In this document: piece after piece, positions 28,717 to 38,600 of the stretch
How the letters are laid out: every line of letters starts with the position of its first letter
Position numbering within the stretch: position 1 is the stretch's first letter
Assembly: GCA_042562495.1 (NCBI GenBank)
Contig: JBHPMC010000001.1
Span: 107,983 to 168,910 of the forward strand
DNA: 60,928 bases
Source of the DNA: Candidatus Margulisiibacteriota bacterium
GTDB lineage: Bacteria > Margulisbacteria > Termititenacia > CAZZFK01
Reading direction: 5' to 3'
Notes under the pieces: model-generated
What the model was told of the DNA's origin: nothing
Database searches by the model: none
What the model saw: the letters and a program-made list of their open reading frames with translations, nothing else
Program-made: the position numbers and the translations under genes

Positions 28717-29916
28717 TTACATCAAGTGCTGCACGCTCACATAAAAACTGGTCAGATTTGATTCGCCGAAAAGCTTATCGCCGTTATTGTTAAGTGTTCG
28801 TAGATTAGTAATTCCACCAACGATCTTAGTTTGGCCATTTAATGATTTCTGGATATTAAGACCGGTATTGGCTGAATAGCCGCCAAGCCCAACGACCCCG
28901 GCGCGATCACTGCTAAATTGGCCGGCATATTCATCAGACCAATTCCAATAACCCTGTAAGACCAGGCCTTTTACCCAATCAGCAAAAGCATACTTATTTT
29001 CTACTTTATATTCACCGGCTAAAGTGTAAGTTTTATAGCCGCGCAGATACATTTCAGTTTCTGATTGAGGGCCACCGTTGGTGACTACATTGCCTACCTG
29101 AGTGAATTTAACCGGCCAGAACATGGAGACCGAGCCGCCAAGCTGGACATTTTGATTTAGATCATAGATATAGCCTACTGAAGATATTGCTGGGGGTACG
29201 GTATTCCCTTCAACATCAACTTTAGCTCCGGTTAAGAGTTTGCCCGAAGAATCGAACAAATAATGAGTGAGTATTACATGGTCGAAGGTAAGCTTGCTTT
29301 TGGGATCAAGAATAGAAATACCACCAATTCTATAAGAGAGAAAATAATTCGATGCTACTGTGTTCTCGGCTTCAGAAATGCCTCCCAGCAAAGCTTTTTG
29401 TACGTTGTTTTGACTTTGAAATGTTGTAGAAGATGACTTGTTCAGGGCAACCTCAGCTCCAAGTAATAAATTTCTGCTAAAATTCTTTGCGCAGGCAGCA
29501 TAAAAAGATTCGCCGTCGTTATATAAATATGTATCGTACTTAGCAGTATCTAGCGCTTGAAGTTTATATTTAACGCTGAGCATGGGCATGCGGACTTTAC
29601 TATAGCCAATGTTCCACCACATATCATTGCCAAGAGGTTTATTATAGGCGATGTAAAAAGCAGAGAATTGATCTTTTACTGTCAAGTTTGACCCAGTATA
29701 TCCGGGGATCTGGTCCAGCAGTCCTTTGCCAATTTCCATGTTATTAAGAAAATTTATGCCTCCTTCAACACCTGCTTTTTTATTGTAAAGATATGCACCA
29801 AGATTGCCGCCGAACGCGGGATCGCTTCCTAAATATAGATCTGTTGTATCTAAAAGCGAAGCGAAACAAGCTGTGCTCAAGAGTCCAATTACTAGTAACG
29901 TAGCTAATATTCTCAT
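28717..29916 (-). CDS. secreted, probable outer-membrane beta-barrel protein (399 aa); start revised to ATG 29916
   Basis: AAGGAGG RBS, signal peptide MRILATLLVIGLLSTACFA, alternating beta-strand pattern, C-terminal FYVSVQHLM. Confidence 0.7.
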   Translation of the reverse strand: MRILATLLVIGLLSTACFASLLDTTDLYLGSDPAFGGNLGAYLYNKKAGVEGGINFLNNMEIGKGLLDQIPGYTGSNLTVKDQFSAFYIAYNKPLGNDMWWNIGYSKVRMPMLSVKYKLQALDTAKYDTYLYNDGESFYAACAKNFSRNLLLGAEVALNKSSSTTFQSQNNVQKALLGGISEAENTVASNYFLSYRIGGISILDPKSKLTFDHVILTHYLFDSSGKLLTGAKVDVEGNTVPPAISSVGYIYDLNQNVQLGGSVSMFWPVKFTQVGNVVTNGGPQSETEMYLRGYKTYTLAGEYKVENKYAFADWVKGLVLQGYWNWSDEYAGQFSSDRAGVVGLGGYSANTGLNIQKSLNGQTKIVGGITNLRTLNNNGDKLFGESNLTSFYVSVQHLM

Positions 29917-29948
29917 TTTTTCCTCCTTATTAAAAAGTATTAATGTAT

Positions 29949-29976
29949 ATTTTATAGGAATTACAGTGGATGTCAA
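29949..29976 (-). promoter_or_regulatory. sigma70 promoter of the 399-aa barrel gene
   Basis: TTGACA-16nt-TAAAAT on the minus strand. Confidence 0.6.
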
Positions 29977-29992
29977 AACTAGGGGAGGGCAT

Positions 29993-30021
29993 AAAAAAAA
30001 GGCGGCCACGAAGTGGCCGCC
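29993..30021 (-). terminator. intrinsic terminator after the 259-aa barrel gene
   Basis: GGCGGCCAC-TTC-GTGGCCGCC followed by T8 on the minus strand. Confidence 0.9.
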
Positions 30022-30047
30022 TCTCTATTCATTCAGAAGCTAGACAA

Positions 30048-30827
30048 TTAGATGTCGTAGCGAACACCTAAGATGATGGAATCGACACCGTCATCTCTAG
30101 GAGTGGCTTGACCGCCATCTTGCTGTACGCCGACTTGATTACTCTTGTCAACGTGGCTGATGGTAAGGTAAGCAACTGTGTCTGCCATAACTACATAATC
30201 AGCACCTAGGCTGATCGCAAAGGCTGATTTGCCTTTTTGATTAATGAAGGTTGCGTTATTGTCTTCATTAGTGTTTACATCCCATGAATTCAATACACCT
30301 AAAGAACCACCAACAGTCATGCCTTTCAGAAGCATTGCTTTACTGGCTTTTACGCCCATGTAAAGACTGTTGCTATTCCACATAACCTGGTTATCAACAG
30401 ATTGTCCAGCTTGACTAATGCTATTCGCTCTTGCAAGAGCATATGCTCCTACAGCTTTTACATCACAGCCGTAAGCGAAATTTCCAAGCATATCAGTGAT
30501 GTCATAACCGCCGGTTAGGATAAGGCCGTTATTACTGTAAAGTCGGTCTGCAGGCACTGCCAAGGCGACAACTTTATCGTCGATCCTTGTCAATCCTACT
30601 TCTAATTTATCCATCAAACCGTAAACAACACCTAGCTGAGTTACTTCAGCAACCCAAGGATTTGCGATTCCTCCAGTACCTACTATCTTTTGTGTAGTTT
30701 GGCCTGTTGCGTAATCTAAAACAACGCCGATATCCCCTTTCTTGGTAATTTTACCAGAGTTGGTATCAGCGGCAATTGCAATAGTGGCAAATGATAATAC
30801 TAAAACTAAAGCTAAAAGTTTTTTCAC
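30048..30827 (-). CDS. secreted, probable outer-membrane beta-barrel/porin-like protein (GTG 30827; alternative in-frame TTG 30878)
   Basis: Signal peptide (M)KKLLALVLVLSFATIAIAA, amphipathic strands, C-terminal IILGVRYDI. Confidence 0.72.
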   Translation of the reverse strand: MKKLLALVLVLSFATIAIAADTNSGKITKKGDIGVVLDYATGQTTQKIVGTGGIANPWVAEVTQLGVVYGLMDKLEVGLTRIDDKVVALAVPADRLYSNNGLILTGGYDITDMLGNFAYGCDVKAVGAYALARANSISQAGQSVDNQVMWNSNSLYMGVKASKAMLLKGMTVGGSLGVLNSWDVNTNEDNNATFINQKGKSAFAISLGADYVVMADTVAYLTISHVDKSNQVGVQQDGGQATPRDDGVDSIILGVRYDI

Positions 30828-30923
30828 TTGTAGCCCCTTTCTCCCCCATACTTGAGAATTATTAATTTTTTTATTCAAAACGTTCTCACCCCCTCCCTCT
30901 TTTGAATTTGAAAAAGTGGGATT

Positions 30924-30951
30924 ATTTTACCATTTAAAGGCATTAAGTCAA
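30924..30951 (-). promoter_or_regulatory. sigma70 promoter of the 259-aa barrel gene
   Basis: TTGACT-16nt-TAAAAT with TGn. Confidence 0.65.
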
Positions 30952-31209
30952 AAAGAATATTATTAGCATTACTTGCTTATATTTTGAAAATCAGTACCAA
31001 AAATGCTAAAATCGCCAGCTATTTTAGAGGGGGCAAAAATTTTTCCCCCCTTATTTTTATGGTCCCACTTTTTTATTGATGATCCCCGCGTTTGTTTTTG
31101 CACTTTGGGCCCAAAATAAAAGTACATAAGACTAAAGTAGCATTAGTCACTGTAAAAAGATCATATTATTCAGGGATAATTATGACGGTGATATCCTGGA
31201 GCTTTAAAG

Positions 31210-31215
31210 TATAAT
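31210..31215 (+). promoter_or_regulatory. -10 box, leaderless-type, for miaA
   Basis: TATAAT 6 nt before the ATG; no SD. Confidence 0.55.
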
Positions 31216-31221
31216 ATATTC

Positions 31222-32088
31222 ATGTCCAAAATATTATTGATCACCGGGCCGACTGCGATCGGCAAGTCTACCTATGCTGTCGAACAATCCTTAAAACTGG
31301 ATGGAGAGATAATCTCTGCTGATTCAATGCAGATCTATAGGCATATGGATATCGGTACCGCCAAGCCGACTAAAAAAGAATTACAGCAAGTTCCGCATCA
31401 TTTGATAGATATAGTTGATCCAGAGCAGCCGTTCTCTGTATCAAATTATGTAGAAAAATTCAAAGAAGCCAAAGCTACGATCGAAAGTAAGGGCAGGCTG
31501 CCAATTGTTGTGGGCGGCACAGGATTATACTTGACTGCGCTTTTGAAGGGCTTTAGGTTCCCGGTCCTTCCGGCACAGCCTCAGATCAGGCAACGCTTAC
31601 GCGAGGAAGCTAATGCCCAAGGGGGGCAAGTGCTGCATGATCGTTTAAAAAAGATCGATCCGGTTTCAGCAGCACGCCTTCATCCCAATGATCATTTTCG
31701 TGTCATCCGGGCCTTGGAAGTGGGCATGATAAGCGGCAAACCTTTATCGGCCCAGCAAAAGAAGGGAGATCCTATCTTGGATCAATACCGTTTACAGTGC
31801 TTAACTGCTCCCAGAGAAGTTATTTATCGGCGTATTGAGGAAAGAGTAGATAAAATGATCCAGGATGGCTTGATCGAAGAAGTACAAAAACTATTGGCCA
31901 TGGGCTATAATAAAAATCTTACTGCGTTGAAAGCTTTAGGGTATAAAGAGGTCATAGAACATTTAGCAGGAAAGTATACCAAGGAAGAACTGGAAGGCCT
32001 GATAAAGCAGAGAACACGTAATTTTGCCAAGAGGCAAATGACCTGGTTTCGTTCTTTTAAAAATATTGAATGGATCGATATCAAGTAA
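31222..32088 (+). CDS. miaA: tRNA dimethylallyltransferase
   Basis: GPTAIGKS, SADSMQIYRHMDIGTAKP, VGGTGLY, AKRQMTWF. Confidence 0.97.
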   Translation: MSKILLITGPTAIGKSTYAVEQSLKLDGEIISADSMQIYRHMDIGTAKPTKKELQQVPHHLIDIVDPEQPFSVSNYVEKFKEAKATIESKGRLPIVVGGTGLYLTALLKGFRFPVLPAQPQIRQRLREEANAQGGQVLHDRLKKIDPVSAARLHPNDHFRVIRALEVGMISGKPLSAQQKKGDPILDQYRLQCLTAPREVIYRRIEERVDKMIQDGLIEEVQKLLAMGYNKNLTALKALGYKEVIEHLAGKYTKEELEGLIKQRTRNFAKRQMTWFRSFKNIEWIDIK

Positions 32089-32101
32089 AGAAGGAATAAT
32101 T

Positions 32102-32947
32102 ATGAAATTTACAAAAATGCATGGACTGGGGAATGATTTTATTGTTTTTGACGGTCGCACAGAAAAAGTAACGGATGTTGATTGGCAAAATTATGCGCCC
32201 CGGTTGTGTGACAGGAATTTTGGGATAGGGGCGGATGGAATATTGTTGGTATTGCCGGCCGAGAAGGCTGATTATGAGATGAGAGTATTTAACCCAGACG
32301 GCTCCGAGCCGGAAATGTGCGGTAATGGTTTGCGCTGTTTTGCAAAATATATTTATGACACTTCAAAAGATAAAAAAGAAGTTATTTCTGTGCAGACCAA
32401 GGCAGGCATTAAATTGCCTGTGGTAGAGCCGGAGAAGGGGCATGTCCAAGGCATAGAGGTTGATATGGGCGAGCCAATATTGCACAGGAAGCAGATCCCC
32501 CTGGCAGGCAAAGATAGTGCTCAAGTAGTCGGCGAAGAGCTAAGTATAAATGGCCAATCATTTAAATTTACCGCCGTTTCCATGGGGAACCCGCATGTAG
32601 TTATTTTTGTGGATGATGTTGAGAAGGTCGATCTGCCGGCACTTGGTCCGAAAATTGAACATCATGAATTGTTCCCAGAGAGAACAAATGTCGAATTTGT
32701 ACAAGTGTCAAATAAAAAAGAAGCAAATATGCGTGTTTGGGAGAGAGGGGCAGGAGAAACCTTGGCCTGTGGTACGGGTGCTTGTGCAGTGCTAGTCGCA
32801 GGTGTGTTGAACAAAAAATTGGATAGAATGGCCGTGATCCACCTGGAAGGCGGCGATCTGGAAATAGAATGGGAGGCCGAAAAGAACCACGTTTTAATGA
32901 CCGGGCCGGCTGTTACAGTGTATCAAGGCGAAGTAAATATTATATAA
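32102..32947 (+). CDS. dapF: diaminopimelate epimerase; start revised to ATG 32102
   Basis: FTKMHGLGNDF, EMCGNGLRC, ERGAGETLACGTG. Confidence 0.97.
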   Translation: MKFTKMHGLGNDFIVFDGRTEKVTDVDWQNYAPRLCDRNFGIGADGILLVLPAEKADYEMRVFNPDGSEPEMCGNGLRCFAKYIYDTSKDKKEVISVQTKAGIKLPVVEPEKGHVQGIEVDMGEPILHRKQIPLAGKDSAQVVGEELSINGQSFKFTAVSMGNPHVVIFVDDVEKVDLPALGPKIEHHELFPERTNVEFVQVSNKKEANMRVWERGAGETLACGTGACAVLVAGVLNKKLDRMAVIHLEGGDLEIEWEAEKNHVLMTGPAVTVYQGEVNII

Positions 32948-32955
32948 GGAAGCTT

Positions 32956-33618
32956 ATGTTAAAAAGAGCAATAGTAGTAATTTTGTTCCTGATCTGTATC
33001 CTTACTGTCGAAAATGTGACAGCGGGAACAAGGCTGAGCCTATATCCTCTTGCCAACAAATTCGGGCCGATCATGTTCAAATCGGCTGATTCGGGCGATA
33101 TTAGAGAAGTAAAAGTCGGGTTTGATGATAGTGTGGGTATAGGTATCGAGGTCGTCAATGGGGATCCCAAAGAGAAGCAATTTTGTTATGGATTAGAATA
33201 TTTTACTGCTCGTTTGGAAAATATTTATTATCGTTCACGTAATCTGAGCTTTGAAATGTCCGATCTGAACTTTAAATATGAAGTGATCACGCCTTTCATA
33301 AAATGGCGGAATCCTTTGGAAAACAAAGATTGGTTCTATTCTTTCGAGCTAAGCGTGCCTTTCATAAAATATGATGAAGCAAGTAATAAGCCGATGAACC
33401 AGATCGTAAGCTGGCGTACACCTTTAGGGCTTGGAATAGCTTGCGGGTCATACCTAAGCGAAGATAGTATATGGGAGCTAGCATATCTGATAAGTTTTTA
33501 TACTGCGAATACCGTGGGCGATAATCCAAGGGCAGTTGATGATCCTACCCCGGGCTATGATTCAATATATCAGAACCAGACCATAACTTTAAGTTTGAAA
33601 TATTATTTGGATATTTAA
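32956..33618 (+). CDS. secreted hypothetical, probable small outer-membrane beta-barrel; start revised to ATG 32956
   Basis: AAGGA RBS, signal peptide MLKRAIVVILFLICILTVENVTA, C-terminal ITLSLKYYLDI. Confidence 0.6.
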   Translation: MLKRAIVVILFLICILTVENVTAGTRLSLYPLANKFGPIMFKSADSGDIREVKVGFDDSVGIGIEVVNGDPKEKQFCYGLEYFTARLENIYYRSRNLSFEMSDLNFKYEVITPFIKWRNPLENKDWFYSFELSVPFIKYDEASNKPMNQIVSWRTPLGLGIACGSYLSEDSIWELAYLISFYTANTVGDNPRAVDDPTPGYDSIYQNQTITLSLKYYLDI

Positions 33619-33635
33619 TAAAGAGGAGAGATAAG

Positions 33636-34811
33636 GTGAAGAAAGCAAAACGCTTAAAATCAGTTCCTCCCTATTTATTTGCGGAGATAGACAAGAAAAA
33701 AGAAGCAGCTTTGGCTAAAGGCGTAGATATAATTTCTTTAGGGATAGGCGATCCAGATAAGCCTACTTTTCCAAATATCGTGGAAAAAATGAAGCTAGCT
33801 GTTGCTGATCCTAAAAATCATGATTATCCTCCCTATGCTGGGACCAAGGAGTTTCGTAAAGCAGCCTGTGATTTTTACAAGAAGCGTTTTGGAGTAGCTT
33901 TTGATCCAGATAAAAATGTTGTTTCTGTGCTTGGCTCAAAGGAAGGGATAGCTCATTCTTTTCTGGCCTTTACCGATCCGGGAGATATTGTGTTGGTCCC
34001 CGATCCTGCCTATCCGGTTTATTCGGTCTGGTCTAAATTTGTCGATGCAATTCCGCACTATATGCCTCTAAAAGCAGAGAATGGTTTTTTGCCGGAGTTA
34101 AAAGCTATCCCGGAAAAAGCAGCAAAAAAAGCTACAATGCTTTGGATAAATTATCCGAACAATCCAACCGGCGCAGTTGCTCCAAAGGAGTTCTATCAGG
34201 AGGTCGTGGCGTTCTGTAAGAAGTACGATATCCTGCTTTGTTCAGATCTGGCTTATGCTGAAATGGCCTTTGATGGCTATAAACCAATATCTATATTTGA
34301 AGCTGAGGGTGCCCAAGATATCGCAATTGAATTTTATTCATTATCCAAAGGATTTAATATGACCGGATGGAGATCTGGCTTTGTGGTCGGCAATGAAGAG
34401 GCGATCAAGACCTTTTCTATAATTAAGACCAATACGGATTCGGGGATCTTTAAGGCGATACAGGAGGTTTCCGTAGAAGCGTTATCCGGAAGTGATAAGT
34501 ATATTTCCAAGCAGAATGATACTGTATTAAAAATGCGTCGGGATGCATTGATCAGCGGATTAAATAGCCTGGGCTGGGAGCTTTCGGCACCTAAGGCAAC
34601 TTTTTATATTTGGGCACCAGTACCCAAAGGGTATACTTCAATGCAGTTTTGTAGCGAGGTCTTAGAAAAATGTGGTATTATAATAGTGCCAGGCAATGGT
34701 TATGGCCAAAGCGGAGAAGGATATTTTAGAGCGGCGATCACAGTTGAAGAAAAAAGGATAAAAGAAGCGATCGAGCGCCTGAAAAAAGCTAGTATTAAAT
34801 ATACCAAATAG
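33636..34811 (+). CDS. dapL: LL-diaminopimelate aminotransferase
   Basis: PPYLFAEID, LGIGDPD, GSKEG, NYPNNPTGA, SLSKGFNMTGWR; next to dapF. Confidence 0.9.
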   Translation: MKKAKRLKSVPPYLFAEIDKKKEAALAKGVDIISLGIGDPDKPTFPNIVEKMKLAVADPKNHDYPPYAGTKEFRKAACDFYKKRFGVAFDPDKNVVSVLGSKEGIAHSFLAFTDPGDIVLVPDPAYPVYSVWSKFVDAIPHYMPLKAENGFLPELKAIPEKAAKKATMLWINYPNNPTGAVAPKEFYQEVVAFCKKYDILLCSDLAYAEMAFDGYKPISIFEAEGAQDIAIEFYSLSKGFNMTGWRSGFVVGNEEAIKTFSIIKTNTDSGIFKAIQEVSVEALSGSDKYISKQNDTVLKMRRDALISGLNSLGWELSAPKATFYIWAPVPKGYTSMQFCSEVLEKCGIIIVPGNGYGQSGEGYFRAAITVEEKRIKEAIERLKKASIKYTK

Positions 34812-34854
34812 GTCTTTGGGGAATAAAAAAAGAATGGGGTTGTTTTTTTGGCAG

Positions 34855-34917
34855 TAATTGCCGGATTTTGTTTTGCTGTTATAGCGGAGCAGCACAACAA
34901 AATCTCAAAGCAAATTA
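34855..34917 (+). promoter_or_regulatory. long stem-loop in the rnc leader
   Basis: GATTTTGTT-T-TGCTG...CAGCA-C-AACAAAATC, with outer TAATTGC/GCAAATTA pairing. Confidence 0.55.
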
Positions 34918-34961
34918 AGGTTAGCAAGCATAACTCAAGTATTTGAGAAGAGGGGATTTTT

Positions 34962-35699
34962 TTGCGTTTATCAGAAGAACGTATCGAACAATTAAAAAAA
35001 GCAGAAAATGAAATAAATATTCATTTTAATAATCAAAATTTATTGAACATAGCCTTGACCCATAAATCCTATGTACATGAACAAAAAGAAAAAGACCTGA
35101 CACATAACGAACGGCTTGAATTTTTTGGTGATGCAGTGTTGAAGTTAGTAGTAAGCGAAGTTCTGCTCAGCCAATATCCTGACCGCGATGAGGGAGAATT
35201 GACCAAGATCCGAGCCGCACTGGTCAGTGATACTTCACTCGCTAATTTTGCTAAGAAACGCGGTGTGGGAAATTATCTTTTAATGAGTAGCAATGAAAGA
35301 AAAACAGGTGGAGTAAAGCGAAAATCTAATTTAGCCAATGCAATGGAGGCGATTTTAGGAGCCCTTTATCTTGACGAAGGGCTTGATAAAGTTAGGCCTC
35401 TTATCTTAGAATTCGTTAAGCCTGAGCTAACACGGCACGATGAAGGAAATTTATTAAAAGATTATAAATCTGCCCTTCAAGAATTGGTCCAACAAGAAGG
35501 CTGGAGTTTGCCGGAATATAAAGTCATCAAAGAGGAAGGCCCGGATCATCGAAAAGTATTTCGGGTACAGGTTAAGGTAGGCAAAGGATTACGTAAGTAT
35601 AAGTCTGAAGGTGCGGGGAAGACAAAAAAGGAAGCAGAGCAAAGGGCGGCCCGGCAGATCCTGCAACAAGTGATAAAGGGGAAAGAGAATGTTTCTTAA
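34962..35699 (+). CDS. rnc: ribonuclease III
   Basis: NERLEFFGDAVL signature, dsRBD DYKSALQE...GPDH...KKEAEQRAA. Confidence 0.97.
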   Translation: MRLSEERIEQLKKAENEINIHFNNQNLLNIALTHKSYVHEQKEKDLTHNERLEFFGDAVLKLVVSEVLLSQYPDRDEGELTKIRAALVSDTSLANFAKKRGVGNYLLMSSNERKTGGVKRKSNLANAMEAILGALYLDEGLDKVRPLILEFVKPELTRHDEGNLLKDYKSALQELVQQEGWSLPEYKVIKEEGPDHRKVFRVQVKVGKGLRKYKSEGAGKTKKEAEQRAARQILQQVIKGKENVS

Positions 35700-38600
35700 A
35701 AAGGTTGAGATACAAGGATTTAAAACATTTGCCGATAATACCAGGCTAGAGTTCCCGGGTGAAAAGGGGATCACTGCCATAGTTGGGCCTAACGGTTGTG
35801 GCAAAAGCAATCTCTTGGATGCTATTCGCTGGGTGACCGGGGAGCAAAGCATAAAGCTCTTGAGAGGCACTTCTCATGAAGAGATAATCTTTGCCGGATC
35901 ACAAGAGAAAAAACCGCTGTCTTTGGCGGAAGTCACACTTACCATAGATAATTCCTCTGGGAAATTGCCAATAGATTATACAGAAGTGATGATCAAAAGG
36001 AGATTATATCGTTCCGGTGAAAGCGAATATTATATAAATAAGGAAAATTGTAGGCTTAAAGATATTCATAATTTGCTAATGGATACCGGGATGGGCAAGG
36101 GCACCTATTCTTTGATCAGCCAGGGGCAGGTAGCGGAAGTGCTACATTCCAAGCCGGAAGATCGCAGGACGATATTTGAAGAAGCCGCAGGGATAAATAA
36201 ATATAAAAACAGAAAGATCGCTGCTCAGCGCAAATTGCTCAATACAGAACAAAATCTACTAAGACTGCAGGATATCCGCAGTGAGATCCATCAACAGATG
36301 GGGCCGCTGGAGGAGCAAGCTAAAAAAGCAGAAGAATATAAAACTTTAAAGACTGAGCTGGGAGGATTAGAGATCGGCTTGTGCAAAGAACAAGTGGATC
36401 GTTTATTGCAGGAAAAACAGAAAGTTCTAAATACCATTGATGATCTGCAAGCAAAATTACAAGAAGCAGATCAGCAAGTGGCTGAGATAGATGAAAAGAA
36501 GAGATCCTTTCGGGAAAAGACAGCAGAATTAGAAAAGCAAAATCTGGAAAAGCGATCTCAAATAGAATCATTACGCCGTGAAAAAGAAGAGCTCAGCTCT
36601 AATCTTAAGGTAAATCAAGAGCGTTTGGATAATCAGTATCAGCGCTTGCAACAATTGGCTGAAGAAAAAGAAAAGGTCAGGCTGGCCTTGGAAGTATTGC
36701 AAGGCAAAAAGATCGAAGTTGAAATTGAAGAGAAGGCGGGCCAAGAGCATTACCAGAAAGTCGAGCAAGAACTAGGCCAAAAGAATCTAGAAGCAGAAGG
36801 AATAATTCAGCGCTGGAAGCTACTCGCTCAAGAAAAAGAAGATATCCAGATGACCTTGTTCGACATGGAGAGCGAAGTGATGTCTGTCCGCAACCAGCTG
36901 ATTGATCTGCAAAGCAAGGAAAGATTTACCAGCGAAGAATTGAGGCGCAATGAAGTATCTATTAAAAAACTGCAAGAAGAGAAAATGCAGCTGGAAGAAA
37001 ACCAAAAAGAAGTTATTGAGCGTCGCCAGCAATTACAACAGAAGCTCGCTGAATTAAACGATAGCAAACATACTTTAGAGGATGAATATGCTCGGGCAGA
37101 GGAAGAGCTAAAAAAGAATGAAAATACATATGTATCTTTAAAAGAACGGCTTGATACCAAGACCTCTCGTTTAGAGTTGTTAAAAGAAATGCAGAAGAAT
37201 TATGAAGGATTTTTTGAAGGAGTACGCAATTTCTTAGGGCAACGAGATCCGCAAGAGTTCTCAGGAATCTATGATGTCATAGCCGATATCATTAAACCTC
37301 AAAAGGGATATGATGTAGCTTTAGAAGTGGCTCTTGGCAATAGATTGCAGGATATTATAGTAGATAATTCTAATACAGCAGAAAAAGCCATTGAGTTTTT
37401 AAAAGAGAACAATTTAGGTCGAGCAACGTTCATTCCTCTGGATAAAGTGATCGGCTTTAAAGTAAATGTACCGAATAATGCAAAATCAGCTGTGGATCTG
37501 GTTGAATATGATCAAAAATATTCCGAAGTTGTTAATTATTTGTTAGGCAGGATTTTGATCGTGGAGAGCAGGCAGGAAGCTTTAAGAATCCAAAAAGATC
37601 TAAAGAAAAATAAAGAGGTCATTAGAATAGTAACTGTTAATGGAGAAATGCTTACTCCTCAGGGTGCGATCACCGGCGGAGCGATTAAGCATCAGACTAC
37701 TTTGCTTGGCAGGCAAAGAGAGATAATTGAGCTAGGCAATATATTGGAAACCTTGCGTGTTCAACTGGAAGAAATAAAACAAGAAAAAGGTCAGATAGAA
37801 GAAAAATTAAAAGAATTACAGATTAAGCAAGAAGAAGTATCGGCTAATATCCAACATCAAGAGATCGAAGATAAGACACTGCTCAATGATAAAACAAGAA
37901 TGGATATAGAGCTCCAGAAAAAGACAGACGAATTATTGGCGGTAGAGAATAGCTACCTTGTACAAAAAGAGGATTTCGCTAATTTAAAGAAGCGCCAGCA
38001 AGAAATTGAGGATGAATTAGGTCGGCACACCTCTCACAAAGAAAATATGACCGAAAACATGTCTGCCAAGGAATTGGAGATTAGAACAGCTGAAGAAGAT
38101 AAAGAAAGGGCCAGCCAAGTATTAACAGAGCTGCGTGTTGCCGCAGCTTCGGTAAAAGCCCAATATGAGCAGGTTAAGATCAAGATCAATACCGTGTTGG
38201 AAAATATAGCCATTCAAGAAAAACAGCAGCAAGAAAAACATGCTGAAGAAGAAGCACTATTACAAAAAAAGGCGGAGACAGAACAGGCCATAGTAGCTGC
38301 TAAAGAAAAATTACCTTTTTTTGAAGAGCAAGAGAATGCCCTGGTTATAGCAATGGAAGAGCAGCGCTTAGAAAAAGAAAGGATCTTCAATGATCTGGAA
38401 GTTATCGAGAGGCGTAGCAAGGAAGCCAATGAGCTGGATAAAGAGTGGCGCAGCAAGGTCGGGCAGGAAGAAGTACAATTGGCCCGCCTGGATGCAGAGC
38501 TGAACGCTATTGAGCAGCGACTTTCTGCAGAATATGAATTGACCCTGGATGATGTTGTAAAGACCGAAGCTAATATAGATGATTTCGAAAAAGTTAAACA

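Noticed and set aside
29933-29960. TAATGTATATT resembling the centre of a dif site
   Set aside because: The XerC and XerD arms do not match, and the stretch is explained by the barrel-gene promoter.
29917-30009. N-terminal extension of the 430-aa ORF call (similarly 2867, 22250, 32066, 32869, 48415 and 57846 starts)
   Set aside because: These extensions run through terminators, promoters or upstream genes; downstream starts have an RBS, coupling or family-typical N-termini.
30879-31221. Possible oriC at the strand switch
   Set aside because: No TTATCCACA-type DnaA boxes seen and no dnaA/dnaN nearby.
34815-34946. Possible small membrane peptide (…GVVFLAVIAGFCFAVIAEQH…) before rnc
   Set aside because: It needs a frameshift or an SD-less TTG start; the RNA hairpin explains the sequence better.
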